64,000 nucleotides of DNA from NCBI GenBank assembly GCA_019637975.1, contig JAHBUR010000001.1:14444-78443 (forward strand). The letters run 5' to 3'. How positions within the stretch are numbered: the first letter of the stretch is position 1; each line of letters opens with the position of its first letter. This DNA is from Bacteroidota bacterium. GTDB lineage: Bacteria > Bacteroidota > Ignavibacteria > UBA10030 > UBA6906. Below are positions 1-12,500 of the stretch, piece by piece. The notes beneath the pieces are model-generated. The model was given only the letters and a program-made list of their open reading frames with translations. It made no database searches and was not told the DNA's origin. The position numbers and the translations under genes are program-made.

Positions 1-3000
1 ATTGCAGTCGGTACTGATACCGGTCGTGTGATTATTCTCAGCAACTCACAAGGTACGCCGCGACGAGATGTAACTCTGTCGGGTTCAGGCATCGGCGCAC
101 CGTCGATCGTAGTGAGTGTTACCACCATTGCCGATACGCTTCAAGTTGGGCAGACAAACACCAAGCAGTTCACCATTACAAACTCCACTGCTCCACCTGT
201 TTCTCCGTTGTATGTCAGCATTACCGATAGCGGTGCGTGGGTCAATGTGACCCCGGCGCTCGATACGCTTGGAGGAAGCCAGACGAAGAACTATACCACT
301 GCCTTCAATGCAACGGGCCTTACGGTAGGCACCTATACAACAAACATCCGCATTGCGAGCAACGATCCTGCAAATCCGCTGAAGATTGTTGTTGCGACAT
401 TGCGTGTTGTCGGCGGACCCGTCATCAGCGTCCGTCCTGATTCCGTCGTGCGTACGCTGGCTGCAGGTGCAAGCGGAACCGACACGCTGACCATTCGCAA
501 TACAGGTGTCTCGGTACTCAACTGGTCGATGTCGGAAGCACCGGGTGAACCGGCTGATATGAGCAACGCCATAAAGAAATACCATGCGGCATTGCCTCCT
601 GTTCCGAAGGGCGTGGACTTCCCCATGACCGACAGCCCCGATACCTCGGGCGGCCCGGATGCATTTGGCTATCGTTGGATTGACAGCGATTCACCGGGTG
701 GACCAACCTTCGGCTGGATTGATATTTCCACAACAGGCGCTTCGCTCGACTCTGCAAGCGATTGGGTTCCCACCGGCACAAACCGGAAGGGCGATGAGGG
801 TTACTTTGCGGTACGAATGCCATTCTCATTCAACTATTACGGAGTGGCATATGATACACTCTTCATCGGAACAAACGGAAACGTGATGTTCCAGCGGCCG
901 ACGGCGGACATCTTCACAAACGCCATCTTCCCGACGGCAGGAGGCCCGATTGACAATCACATTGGAGTCTTCTGGGATGATCTGGAAGTGCGGGCCGGTG
1001 CCCGAGTGTACTATGGAACAAGCGCCGGAAAGTTTGTCGTTCAGTATCAAGGAATGGCACGTTTCGCCGGCACGGTGCCGAACTACACATTCCAAGTCAT
1101 TCTTTCGCCGACTGGCGAGATTCTGACTCAGTATCTCGCGATGTCGATTAACGGCGGCGTCCTGAATTCGGCCTCAATCGGCATTGAAAATGCCGATGGT
1201 ACAGTCGGTTTGGGAGTGTTGTTCAACGCAGCGCCCCCCGGGTACATGCATAACAACCTCGCTATCCTTTTTTCGCGAGGAGTTCCCTGGCTGGAGGAAT
1301 CACCCACCAGTGGAGCCATCAATCCAGGCGACAGTACAAAGGTTGTGTTGACGTACAATACCACCGGCTTGACGGCAGGATTGTATCGCGCCATCCTTGC
1401 GATCACCAGCAACGACTTCAGCAACAATCCGAAGAACGTGCCGGTACGATTAACAGTAACAGGAGGGGCCGCCAGCATTACGGTTACCTCCCCGAATGGC
1501 GGCGAGCAATGGAATATCGGCCAGTCGTACAACATCACGTGGAACCAGAACGGAGTTGATTCCGTGACCATCTCCTACTCCACAACAGGCCGGACCGGAA
1601 CGTATACTACAATTGCCTCCGTTCCTGCACGCCCCGACATGTGGAAGCATCCAAAGTCGTTCTTGCGGCCGATTGCAGGCGGTGAGTTTGATGATCCGCT
1701 CGGAACATTTGCTTGGACAATTCCGAATACGCCATCAACAAACTGCTTTGTTCGTATCGTAAGAAAGTCGACCGGAACTCCGGGCGACACGAGCGATGCG
1801 GCATTCACTATCCAAACAGGACAAGTACCCGGCGACACGAGTTGGGTTGTCCAGCCGAGCGGTTCGACGTCAACGTTCTATGCAGTTAAGGCAATTGACA
1901 ACAATGTTGCCTGGGTTGCCGGAACAGCAGGCGTTGTTCTCCGCACAACAAACAGCGGTACCAACTGGACATCTGTTGGCGGCGGGGCAATTGGAACCGC
2001 AGATATCTACTCGATTGAAGCACTTGATGCCAACACTGCCTTCGTCACGACATCACCCTCTGCGACGTTCATCTACAGAACTACCAACGGTGGCGCAAGC
2101 TGGTCGCAAGTGTATACACTTGCAGGCGGATTCATCAACGGCATGATCATGGTGAGTCCAACGACAGGTTTCGCGGTCGGAGATCCTGTTGGAGGGAAGT
2201 GGACAGTTCTCGCTACGACTGATGGAGGAGCATCATGGGCGCGAATGCCGACAGAGCCTGATCAAGTCGGAACCGAAGCCGGATGGAACAACTCCTTTGT
2301 GATTGCCGGAAACAACGCGTGGTTTGGAACCAATAGCACGAAGGTCTATCGTACAACGAACGCGGGTCTCGCGTGGAGTTCAGCGGCGACAGCCACGCTG
2401 AACAGTTACGGCCTGCACTTCAACGACGTCACGAACGGAGCATTAGTGGGCTCGGCCGGTGCGACAAACTTCTCCACGAACGGTGGTACATCGTGGTCAG
2501 CGGGTGGCGCCGCGGGCACCGGACAAGGTAGCGGCGTTTCGGGTGTAAGCGGGTCCGAATTCTGGGCGACCGTCGGCACAAGCGTCTACTACACGACAAA
2601 CGGCGGCGTTACATGGTCGAATGCAGCGAAGAACGGTTATCCCGGAACTGCTGCACTGTGGGCATTAGACGTGACCAATGCACCCGGCGGTACGTACGGC
2701 TGGGCAGCGGGAGCCACCGGAACAATTGTCCGGTACAGAAGAACAGTCACCGACGTAGCGAACGGACCCGCGGCTGTTCCGACGGTATACGCGCTGGATC
2801 AGAACTTCCCGAATCCGTTCAATCCTTCAACAACCATTCGCTTCTCGCTGCCTGAGCAGGCAACGGTCAGCCTGAGAATCTACAACATGCTCGGGCAGGA
2901 AGTTGCTGTTTTGGTTGAAGGTGACAAGTCGGCTGCATTCCATGAAGTGGTGTGGAATGGACGGAATAGCGCCGGGGCACAAGTTGCAACCGGAATGTAT

Positions 3001-3075
3001 TTCTACCGCATTGAAGCAACAGGTGTTTCCGGAGCGAACTTCACGAACATGAAGAAGCTGATTCTCCTCAAGTAA
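1..3075 (+). CDS. T9SS-sorted secreted protein, 5' end outside window (Ig-like repeat region + BNR/Ycf48-like beta-propeller + T9SS C-terminal domain)
   Basis: Frame 1 is open from base 1 (IAVGTDTGRV precedes the GTG at 28), so the listed ORF 28..3075 continues upstream. Repeated propeller blades are present: TTNSGTNWTSV, TTNGGASWSQV, TTDGGASWARM, TTNAGLAWSS, STNGGTSWSA, TTNGGVTWSN. The C-terminus [17 protein letters not shown]...GMYFYRIEA...MKKLILLK is a type A T9SS sorting domain (TIGR04183-like). Confidence 0.85.
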   Translation: MAVGTDTGRVIILSNSQGTPRRDVTLSGSGIGAPSIVVSVTTIADTLQVGQTNTKQFTITNSTAPPVSPLYVSITDSGAWVNVTPALDTLGGSQTKNYTTAFNATGLTVGTYTTNIRIASNDPANPLKIVVATLRVVGGPVISVRPDSVVRTLAAGASGTDTLTIRNTGVSVLNWSMSEAPGEPADMSNAIKKYHAALPPVPKGVDFPMTDSPDTSGGPDAFGYRWIDSDSPGGPTFGWIDISTTGASLDSASDWVPTGTNRKGDEGYFAVRMPFSFNYYGVAYDTLFIGTNGNVMFQRPTADIFTNAIFPTAGGPIDNHIGVFWDDLEVRAGARVYYGTSAGKFVVQYQGMARFAGTVPNYTFQVILSPTGEILTQYLAMSINGGVLNSASIGIENADGTVGLGVLFNAAPPGYMHNNLAILFSRGVPWLEESPTSGAINPGDSTKVVLTYNTTGLTAGLYRAILAITSNDFSNNPKNVPVRLTVTGGAASITVTSPNGGEQWNIGQSYNITWNQNGVDSVTISYSTTGRTGTYTTIASVPARPDMWKHPKSFLRPIAGGEFDDPLGTFAWTIPNTPSTNCFVRIVRKSTGTPGDTSDAAFTIQTGQVPGDTSWVVQPSGSTSTFYAVKAIDNNVAWVAGTAGVVLRTTNSGTNWTSVGGGAIGTADIYSIEALDANTAFVTTSPSATFIYRTTNGGASWSQVYTLAGGFINGMIMVSPTTGFAVGDPVGGKWTVLATTDGGASWARMPTEPDQVGTEAGWNNSFVIAGNNAWFGTNSTKVYRTTNAGLAWSSAATATLNSYGLHFNDVTNGALVGSAGATNFSTNGGTSWSAGGAAGTGQGSGVSGVSGSEFWATVGTSVYYTTNGGVTWSNAAKNGYPGTAALWALDVTNAPGGTYGWAAGATGTIVRYRRTVTDVANGPAAVPTVYALDQNFPNPFNPSTTIRFSLPEQATVSLRIYNMLGQEVAVLVEGDKSAAFHEVVWNGRNSAGAQVATGMYFYRIEATGVSGANFTNMKKLILLK

Positions 3076-3120
3076 TTCTCGAATCAGCGGGAGTTCGCGC
3101 AGTTCGCTGTTTGATTTACC

Positions 3121-3160
3121 GAAGGCCCGTTCCTTACATTAGGAGCGGGCCTTCCGGTTT
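3121..3160 (+). terminator. candidate intrinsic terminator after first T9SS cargo gene
   Basis: gaaggcccg (3121-3129) pairs with cgggccttc (3146-3154) around a 16-nt loop. It is followed by cggttt. The U-tract is short, so this is only moderate. Confidence 0.45.
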
Positions 3161-3542
3161 ATTAAGAGTATCCGAATTGATTGATCGCGCCCCATCCGTG
3201 CTCGCATACAGCTGTAATGCCAATTCCGGACTTATTCCCGGCTCACTTCACTCTCAAATCTTTACTGAAATTGACTTGACATTGTGTTGTCCGATGATTA
3301 AGTTCAAGTGGTTACTCAAGCGAGAATTTTCTTCTACCTCGCCCTGGGGGGATTCTTTCCAAGAGTGTTTCTACTCTACGTTCTCTGTCAAGTTGGTTCG
3401 TGCGATGATGAATGAATAACGCATTCAGGTACACTGTCTTGTCTTTGTTCCGATCAAGCGATTACAATCAACGAAAAACTGACCTAATCAGTTTGCTACA
3501 ATTCTCACAACACAATCCAATCACCCTTCCTTAGGAGGAATC

Positions 3543-6500
3543 ATGCGGCGACCTTCAACTATGTTGTTGCTCGCAGTTGCGCTCTTTGTTGCAACCGCAA
3601 CATCGTTTGCCCAACTGACAGGAACAAAAACCATTCCCGGCGACTACGCAACCATCGCGGCAGCCATAGCGGATCTGAATACCAATGGTGTGGGTTCGGG
3701 CGGCGTCACGTTTAATGTTGCAGCCGGGTACACAGAGACGATAACGGCTACCCTTTCCATCACCGCGACTGGAACAGCGGCAAATCCTATTACGTTTCAG
3801 AAAAGCGGTGGCGGGGCGAACCCCTTGATTACCGCATATACCGGAGGCACCGGAACACCGGGTTCCGCAGTACAGGACGGCATCTGGCAAATGGTGGGGT
3901 CCGACTATGTGACCATAGACGGGATTGACTTGCAGGACAACCCGGCAAACGTCGCAAACCCGGAAACGATGGAGTTCGGCTACGCCCTGTACAAGGCGAG
4001 CGAGACAAACGGTTCTCAGAACGTTACGATTAGAAACTGTACAATCACGCTGAACCGCGTAAACAACGCAGCAGGTTCCGGTCCTTCAGTGGACGGTTCA
4101 CGGGGTATCAACGTTGTCAATGCAATCCCCGCGGCTGCCACAACGAATCTTACAATTACAGACGCCGCCGGCTCAAACTCGAACAACAAGTTCTACTCCA
4201 ACACGATACAGAATTGCAACGTTGGTATTGCGTTGATTGGCTTCGCCGACGTCACGCCGTTTACCTTTGCTGACCAAGGGAATGATGTTGGCGGCGCTTC
4301 GCTTGCGACCGGCAACACGATCAGGAACTACGGCGGCGGCGGAACCACGAGCCCGGCAGCCGGCGTACGGACGTTAGCCCAGTACGGAGTGAATATTTCG
4401 TACAACACCATAAACAACAATGATGGCGGCGGCGTGAATCATGCCACAACCTTGCGCGGCATCTTCAACAACACCGCAACAAGTGCAAGTGCCACCATCA
4501 ATAACAACACCATTACGGTAAAATCGGGCGCTACAACCTCCGCTCTGACGGCGATCGAGAACGTCGCAGGTGCGACCGCCGCCGCGAATACGATATCTCT
4601 CAGCAACAATACCGTGACTAATGAATACTTGACAGCAACTTCAGGAACATGCTATGGAATTCAGAACACAGCATCGGCTGCCACGGTTGACATCCTCAAC
4701 AACACGGTAACGAATTTCAGCTACAGCGGCCTTGCATTGACAGGCACCGGGGCCGTTTACCCGATCTATAACACAGGCGCTGCGACGAACGTCAATATTC
4801 TGGGAAATACTGTCAGCAATATCGCCCGTTTGGGAACCACAGGCGGTACTACCATTGGGATTTTTGTCAGCAGCGGCGCTACCCAGACCGTCAAGCAGAA
4901 CACCGTGAATAACTTGAGCATCGATGGTACCGGTGCGACAAGTACAATGTACGGTATTCAGACTACGACGGGCACGATCGTCGTGGACAGCAATACCGTC
5001 AGCAACCTGAATGTCATTAAGACAACGGCTACAGGCGTTTTGTACGGCATCTACAACATTGCGTCTCCTACGAACGAGAATTACAACTACAACCAGGTGA
5101 ATAACCTGACCCACAACGGAACCGGAACAACGTACGGCATCTATGCGTTCACGACAACCGGCGTACGAACTGTTTCCAACAATCTTGTACACACAATCAG
5201 CACTGGCGGAACGACAATCGCTGGTATCAACCAGTCAAGCAGTTCGCCTTCTATCTTCAAGAATAAGATCTACAACATTCAGAGCAATTCCACTGGAGCG
5301 CCTACCGTTTCAGGTATCGGCGTCACGAGTGTGGGTACTTCCGGTTCTGCAATGATCTACAATAATTTGATAGGCGACCTGAAGGCACCCAACGCCAGCA
5401 CGTCTGCTGCAACTGCACCGACGCTTCGTGGAATCAACATCACTTCCACAACTGCGACGTCAACGGTAGAAATTTCGTACAACACAGTGTACCTGAACGG
5501 ATCCTCCACAGGAACGAATTTCGGCACAACGGCGCTCTGGGCCACCACCTCGGCCACTGCAACCTCGGCGGCCCTGACGATTCGCAACAACATCTTTGTC
5601 AACACTTCGACACCTGCCGGGACAGGATTTACCTCCGCATACCAACGGTCAAGCACGGCGCTTGCCAACTACACCGATGCTTCAAACAACAACCTGTTTT
5701 ATGCGGGAACACCAGGAGCAGCGAACCTGATTTTCTTTGACGGAACGAACGCTGATCAGACTCTTGCAGATTTCAAGACAAGAGTCGCCCCGAAAGAAGG
5801 GGCTTCCGTCTCGGAAAATCCTGCATTCGTCAGCACTACCGGTACGGATGCGACATTCCTGCACATCAACACAGCTACACCGACGCAGATCGAAAGCGGC
5901 GGTATTCCGGTTGCAGGGATTACCGACGATTTTGACGGCGACATACGAAATGCAACAACTCCTGATATCGGTGCCGACGAATTTGCCGGTATTGGTGTCG
6001 ATCTTTCTCCGCCAGCCATTGTATATTCACCTCTGCTCAACACAGGGGGCATCACGGCACGGACGCTTACCGCTACAATCTCTGACCCGTCCGGCGTGCC
6101 GACTTCCGGTATCGGGCTTCCGGTTCTTTATTGGCGGATCAATTCCGGAAGCTATTCACCGGCGACTGCCACCTCACTCGGCAGCAACCAGTATCAGTTC
6201 ACGTTCGGTGCCGGTGTGACACAGGGTGATACAGTCCGGTACTATGTTGTGGCTCAAGATAATGCCACCACACCCAATGTTGGCGCATTTCCGTCTGCAG
6301 GTGCGGGAGGCCTCACAGCCAATCCACCGGCAGCAGCGACCTCGCCGACAACACCAAGCAGCTACTTGATCACGTTGGCGCCCTTGAGCGGCGACTTTAC
6401 TGTCGGAACAACCTTGTTCAACCGTGTGTCAGGAAGGAATCTGACTCATGAGACGAGAACACGCAGAGTGATGCGGGAGGTACAGATTCCCGTACAATCT

Positions 6501-9500
6501 GACGAGAGAGTTCAGGGAGATATCCTCGCATTGACTGCCGGAGGGTACAGGATTGAGTACGTCGAGGCCGATGAACAGTATTCCATCCTGACGGAAAACG
6601 GTGTTCCGTACACCGGGCCGACCAAAATCGAACTGACCGGAACCATGCGCAGCCAGTTTGGACTTCCCGACAATCTAATGGCAGCGTACGCAACAATTAC
6701 CGATGCCGTAGCGGATCTGAATCTGCGCGGCGTCAGCGGGAATACGAATTTCCTCCTGGTGGACGCTACCTATCCATCAGAGACATTCCCGATAACAGTT
6801 GATATTGCCAACGCAAACCAACCGAGTTCCTCAGCAACCATTACACTGAAACCGAGCACAGGAGTTGCTGCAACCGTCAGCGGGTCTTCGGCGACTTCCA
6901 TTTTCAAACTGAATGGCGCCGACTATTTCACATTTGATGGCGTCAACAGCGGTGGAAGTTCGCTGACTGTGGCAAATACGAATACCGCCACGTCAACTGC
7001 GGTTATTTGGATAGCAAGCAAAGATGCCACCAACGGTGCGACAAACAACACAGTACAGAATTGTACGATTCGCGGATCGGGCGGCCTTCTTACCGCTGTG
7101 GCAATCCTCGTGGGAAGCGGAACGACGTTTGGAGGTTTTGCGGAAGCACCGAACTCCAACACGACCATCACGAACAACACGATCAACAATTGCCAGAATG
7201 CCGTTTTCAGCACAGGCAATGCAACAACGTTTGACGACAACATGGTGATTTCGTTCAACACCTTCGGGTCAACAGTCGCCAGCGAGAAGCACGGCTTCCG
7301 CGGAATGCTCATTTCCAATGCACAGAACAGCACGGTCACTCAGAATACTATTCGCGGAATACTGAGCTCAACATCGAGCTCCGCAACGATGTCCGGTATT
7401 CAATTAAGCGGTATCCTGAATAATGTGACCATCTCACGCAATGACATTTCCGATGTCAAGCACGTCAATACGACGGGATGGGGATCAAATGGAATCTTCG
7501 GGGCAACCACGGCCGGAACGAATGTCACCATCGTGAACAATTTCATCTATGACGTTGCCAGTGACGGGTTTGGTGGAGTCACCCAATCAGACAACGGGTA
7601 TGGCCTTGTTCTCAATACTGGCACCGGCTACAACGTGTACTACAACACCGTGAACATGACCACAAATCAGGTCAAGGCAACCGGAATTCCGGCTGCGTTG
7701 ATGGTCGCCAGCACAATCACGGCACCGGGCACGCTTGATATACGAAACAACCTGTTCATCAACAACCAGACTGTGGGAACCTTCTGTTACGGGGCGCTCG
7801 TCTCGTCGGCCAGTACCGTCTTCTCCGCATTGAATTACAATGACTACTTTGCCTCCGATGCGACGAACGGCAGACTGGGAAGATTCGGAACAACAGTCAT
7901 CAGCGACATAGCAGCATGGAGGACGGCACTCGGTCAGGATGCAAACTCTATTTCTGCGGACATCAATTTCGTGTCTGCCACCAACCTGCACGTCAACAAT
8001 ACACTCCCGTCGGCTGCCGATAGCGCCGCTACACCGATCGCCGGTGTCACGATCGACATAGATGGCCAGACGCGCAATGCGACACATCCCGACATTGGCG
8101 CTGATGAGTTCACGTACGTTGTGCCCACACCTCCGGTCGTCAGCAACATCGTCCGGTCAACACGCGTTCCGGCGGCAGGCGATACGGTTGTTGTGACTGC
8201 AACTATTACGGACGTGGTCGGCATTGCATCTGCAAACCTGGTTTACAATGTTAACGGTACACCAAACTCTGTTGCGATGGCGTTGACAGGCGGCACGCCG
8301 CAGAACGGCACGTACAGCGGAGTTGTTCCGGGAAGCGCCAACCAGGATGGCAACAGGATCGAGTTGCAGATTGAAGCCAACAGCCAGAGCACGCTTTCGA
8401 CAACAACCCCGATTGCGGCTGCACGCAGCTACTACGCGGGTATCAGCACACTTTCGCTGACTGGTCCAAGGAGAATGCATCCCGACGGCAGACTGATAGA
8501 CAGTGTCTATTACTCACGCGTCACCGGAACGGTAAACGGCCCGAACTTCCAGACAACGAACCTGGGCTACCACTTCCAGGATGCCCACGGCGGTGTTCAA
8601 TTGTTTGGATTCGGAATTCTCATTCCGCCGCTGAACCTCGGTGACTCGATTATTGTCACCGGTCGGATGGCACAGTTCCGCGGCCTCACTGAAATCATCC
8701 CGGATACGCAGACGGTTGATATTCAGGTGGTCGCCACAGGCCGGACAGTCACGCCAATTACCGTGAGTGTCCCTGACTTCAATGCGAACCCTGAACTCTA
8801 CGAATCCCGCCTCGTACGCATAACCAGTTTAACCCGGCGTGATGCTACGCCACCGTGGCCCGCTGCTGGCGGCAGCGCAAACATTGTGACATATCAGGGG
8901 GTCGTGACCGACACCATCATCATGCGTATCGACAATGATACGCAAATTCCGGGCACACCGGAACCGGCATACCCGACAAACGTAACGGGTGTTATCAGTC
9001 AGTTCTCGTCTGCGGCGAGCCTGTACGACAACGGTTACCAGACGCAGCCCCGATACTTGACAGACTTTACCACCTCGACACCGGGTCTTGCAGGAGCGTA
9101 CACGATTGGAACCGGCGGCAATTATGCAAACCTGAAGGCATTCTTTGATGCCATCAATGCCGACTCTGTTGCTGGAGATATTACGGGCAACATTATCAGC
9201 GACCTGACGGAAACAGCATCGGCTGTGCTGAATGCTGTCTACTATGTTAACGGCGGCCCGTGGACAATCACAATCCGGCCTTCGGGCGGAGCCCGGACGG
9301 TTTCAGGCGGCATCGCCGGTCCTCTTGTTGATCTGGACGGCGCAGCAAACGTGGTGTTTAACGGAGATATCGGCGGCGTCAAGAGCCTGACACTGCGCAA
9401 TACCACGTCGGGCACAACGGCAGCAGTTGTTCGCATGATCAATAACGCGAACAACAACAACATCATGAATTGCATCCTGGAGGGAGCCGGAACATCGGTG

Positions 9501-12500
9501 ACGACTGGCGGAGTCATTGCATTCAGCACGTCCGCAACCGACACAATCGGCAACAGCAACAACACCATCTCCAACAACAATATTCGTGATGTTTCCACGA
9601 CGGGCAGCCGCCCATCGGCAGGTATCTCGTCGAATGGCACTGCCACGGCACGCAACAGTAACAACACGATTTCGAACAACAACATCTTTAACTTCGTCAC
9701 GAACGGAGTCAACGTCAGCGCCACGGGTAACGGCCCCGGCTGGGTGATCTCGGGTAACAGCTTCTACTATAACAGCGATACAATACCCTCCGCTGCTCAG
9801 ACGGCGCTGAACTTCAATCCGGGCCTCCTCGCAGGCAATCATTGGATCTATGGTAACTACGTTGGTGGCTCTGCACCGATGGCGGGTGGCTCGCCCTGGA
9901 CAAATACCGGAAACGTCCAGATCGCGGGTATCTTCGTTACGGTGGATACGACATCTCAATCTACCATAATCAGAAAGAACACGGTCAGGAACATCGTCAA
10001 GGCAGGAACCGGAGCGGGAGGCGTATTCCCGATCGGCCTGTTGAACGGTTCGGCAATTATCGACAGTAACACGATTGGCGGTCAGATTGTGCTGTCGCAA
10101 CCGGTTGTTGTGCCGATTCCGGCAAGCAGACCGGCTACAAGCACCGTGTTGAGTTCCGGGACGATGGCAGCCGGAGTTGAGTTCGATATTCCATCCGAAC
10201 TTACCTTTGCTTCCGCAACACCTGAAGAAGGGTATACAAGTGACGGTCCCTCGGTTCCCACGGTTCCGTTTGTTGTGGACGGGCCGTGGAGCATCATCAA
10301 TGGCGGAACCGGCGTTACGACCGGAATCCAGAACCAAACAGCGGGCGTCGCGACAATCAGGCACAATGAAGTTTCACACATGTTCAACACATGGATTGGT
10401 TCAACGAGCGGTGCACGCGGTATCCACAACGGCGGCACAACAGCTTCGCGAACTACCATCTCCGAAAATATTGTCCATGATATCGACTCATACACAACTG
10501 GTACATTGACGACTCCGGCAGCAGGAGGAATCACATGGTTCCCGGCCGGCTTTACCGGTCCGGACAACGTAGCCACGGGTAATCTGGTGTATGCAATCAG
10601 CGCCCGCGATTCGGGAGCTATTGCATCGAATGCCATGGGTATGTTGTTGACCAACTACTCGGCTATTACGACAAAGAACCGGATCTATGATGTCAGGAAT
10701 GCCTCGACCGGCGTGAATGCCGCATTGCCGCCGACGGCAAGTGGGATTTACATGCGGGCGATGGCCGGAGGTTCGTACGTTGCTAATAACATGGCATCTG
10801 TCGGATCCGGCTTGGGTTCCAACACGGTCTTTGCAGCATTCTGGAATGGCTCGGGAACAAACAATATCGGCACACTCTATTACAATTCCGGTTTGGTCAC
10901 GGGCGTTGCCGACAGCGGTTCATTGAACTCGTGGGCGTTCCTGCGAGGAAACCACACCGCTACATCCGTGTACACGAGCCTGACATTGCGTAACAACATT
11001 TTTGTCAACGCACGTACAGGAGGATCGGGCAAGCACTACGCAATCGGTAATCAAGGTGCTCGCCCGGATTCGATGTGGCTGTCCACAACATCCGACTACA
11101 ACGTGTTCAACAGCGCCAGTGCCGCAACCATTGGTCTGTGGGGAACAGACGACCAAACACTGGCTCAATGGCAGGCAACATCAACAGGTGATGCCATGAC
11201 GGTTGAAGGTGATCCCGGATTCGTCAGCAATACCGACCTGCATATCACACCGGCATCACAGCTGCCCAGCAACAATGGAACCCCCATTGCCGAGGTTATT
11301 GACGACATCGATGGTGACACACGAAGCGCGACAACTCCTGATCGTGGCGCCGATGAGTACGTTGCCCAAGCTGCAGGCCCGCTTCTCTTCGAGAACTTCG
11401 AGAGCGGCGTCTTCCCGCCGGTAGGCTGGTCGACGTATATTGTGGCAGGTGACAGCGGGTGGCGTTCCTCGACAGTGGCGCCGTTCAGCCCGACTACCCA
11501 TGCGTTTGTTCGGTACAATCCTCCTGCCAGCCCGCCTGGAAGCAAATTCCTTGTCACCAAGCGGTTGAACATCCCGTCGGCAGCCAACACGTACGAAATC
11601 ACCTTCTGGGCACGCAGGCAGTTCACGAGTCCGTTCCCGCCGGATACGATCTACGTGAAACTCTCCACGACAGACAGTCTCCCTGGAAGCTTCGGTCCCG
11701 CAATTTACAAGTGCTTCACGGGAGATACAGCGTCCAGTCCGGATGTCTATGGCGTCAACTACCGGAAATTCCGTGCAACGTTTACCGGTATTGCAGGGCC
11801 GTTGTACGTGGCGTTCGACCATCAGGATAACGACGGCCAGACGGTCTATCTGGATGATGTGACGGTACAAGAGGCAACGATCACGCAGGTGCATGACATC
11901 GGCGTAGTGGCCTTGACGGGCGCACCCTCATCTGCCCCGAAGGTTGTGGCCAACGTGCCGATGGAAAGCTCCAAAGCGATTGAAGCGGAACGCGCGGGCA
12001 AGGCATCGGGCGAAACCCATTACTATGAGGGTCCCGGTATCGAATTGGTTCCGGTGTACGGCTTCAACGCCATGGCTCCGGTGTCGTTCCATGCTCGGGT
12101 TCGCAACTTCGGCCAGTTTGTGGAGAATGCGTATCAGGTAGGATGGAGTATTGACGGCGTGGCACAGACGCCCGTCAGCAATACGCGTCCGCTGGAAATC
12201 GGCGGGTTCGATACGTTGATGTTGACGTGGGCGAATCCGACGGCAGGCGTGCATACGGCGCGTGCGTGGACGATTCTTGCCACGGATACCAATCCGTCGA
12301 ACGATACATCGGCACCGTACATCTTCGACATTCTGCCGTCGAACATCATTTATGAAGAAACATTTGCCGATACCACCATTCCGGCAGGCTGGCTTGTTGT
12401 CAACAACGACGGCAGCCCGGCGGCCAACAGTACATGGCAGTTCAGGCAGATTGTAAACTTCACGGGGGGCGGCACCGTGTTACCGCAGGCAGGAGCGAGC

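Noticed and set aside
3111-3419. 102-aa ORF in the spacer upstream of the giant gene
   Set aside because: It starts inside the terminator hairpin of the preceding gene and has no SD. Its translation is compositionally odd (MIYRRPVPYIRSGPSG...) with no motif. I treat the region as non-coding leader or spacer.
9440-9700. Runs of aacaac/aacaat and the twice-repeated NSNNTISNNNI-coding stretch, considered as a tandem DNA repeat or contingency locus
   Set aside because: The repeats are imperfect at nucleotide level and remain in frame. They encode Asn-rich rungs of the beta-helix. No homopolymer or short perfect tandem tract capable of slippage was seen.
9303-10364. 353-aa minus-strand ORF, plus many other 60-200-aa ORFs on both strands inside 3543-13799
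   Set aside because: They lie entirely inside the 3418-aa gene, which has strong independent support (SD, signal peptide, domain motifs, CTD). Their translations are Arg/Cys/Val-rich with no motifs, as expected for shadow frames of a GC-biased, repetitive coding sequence.
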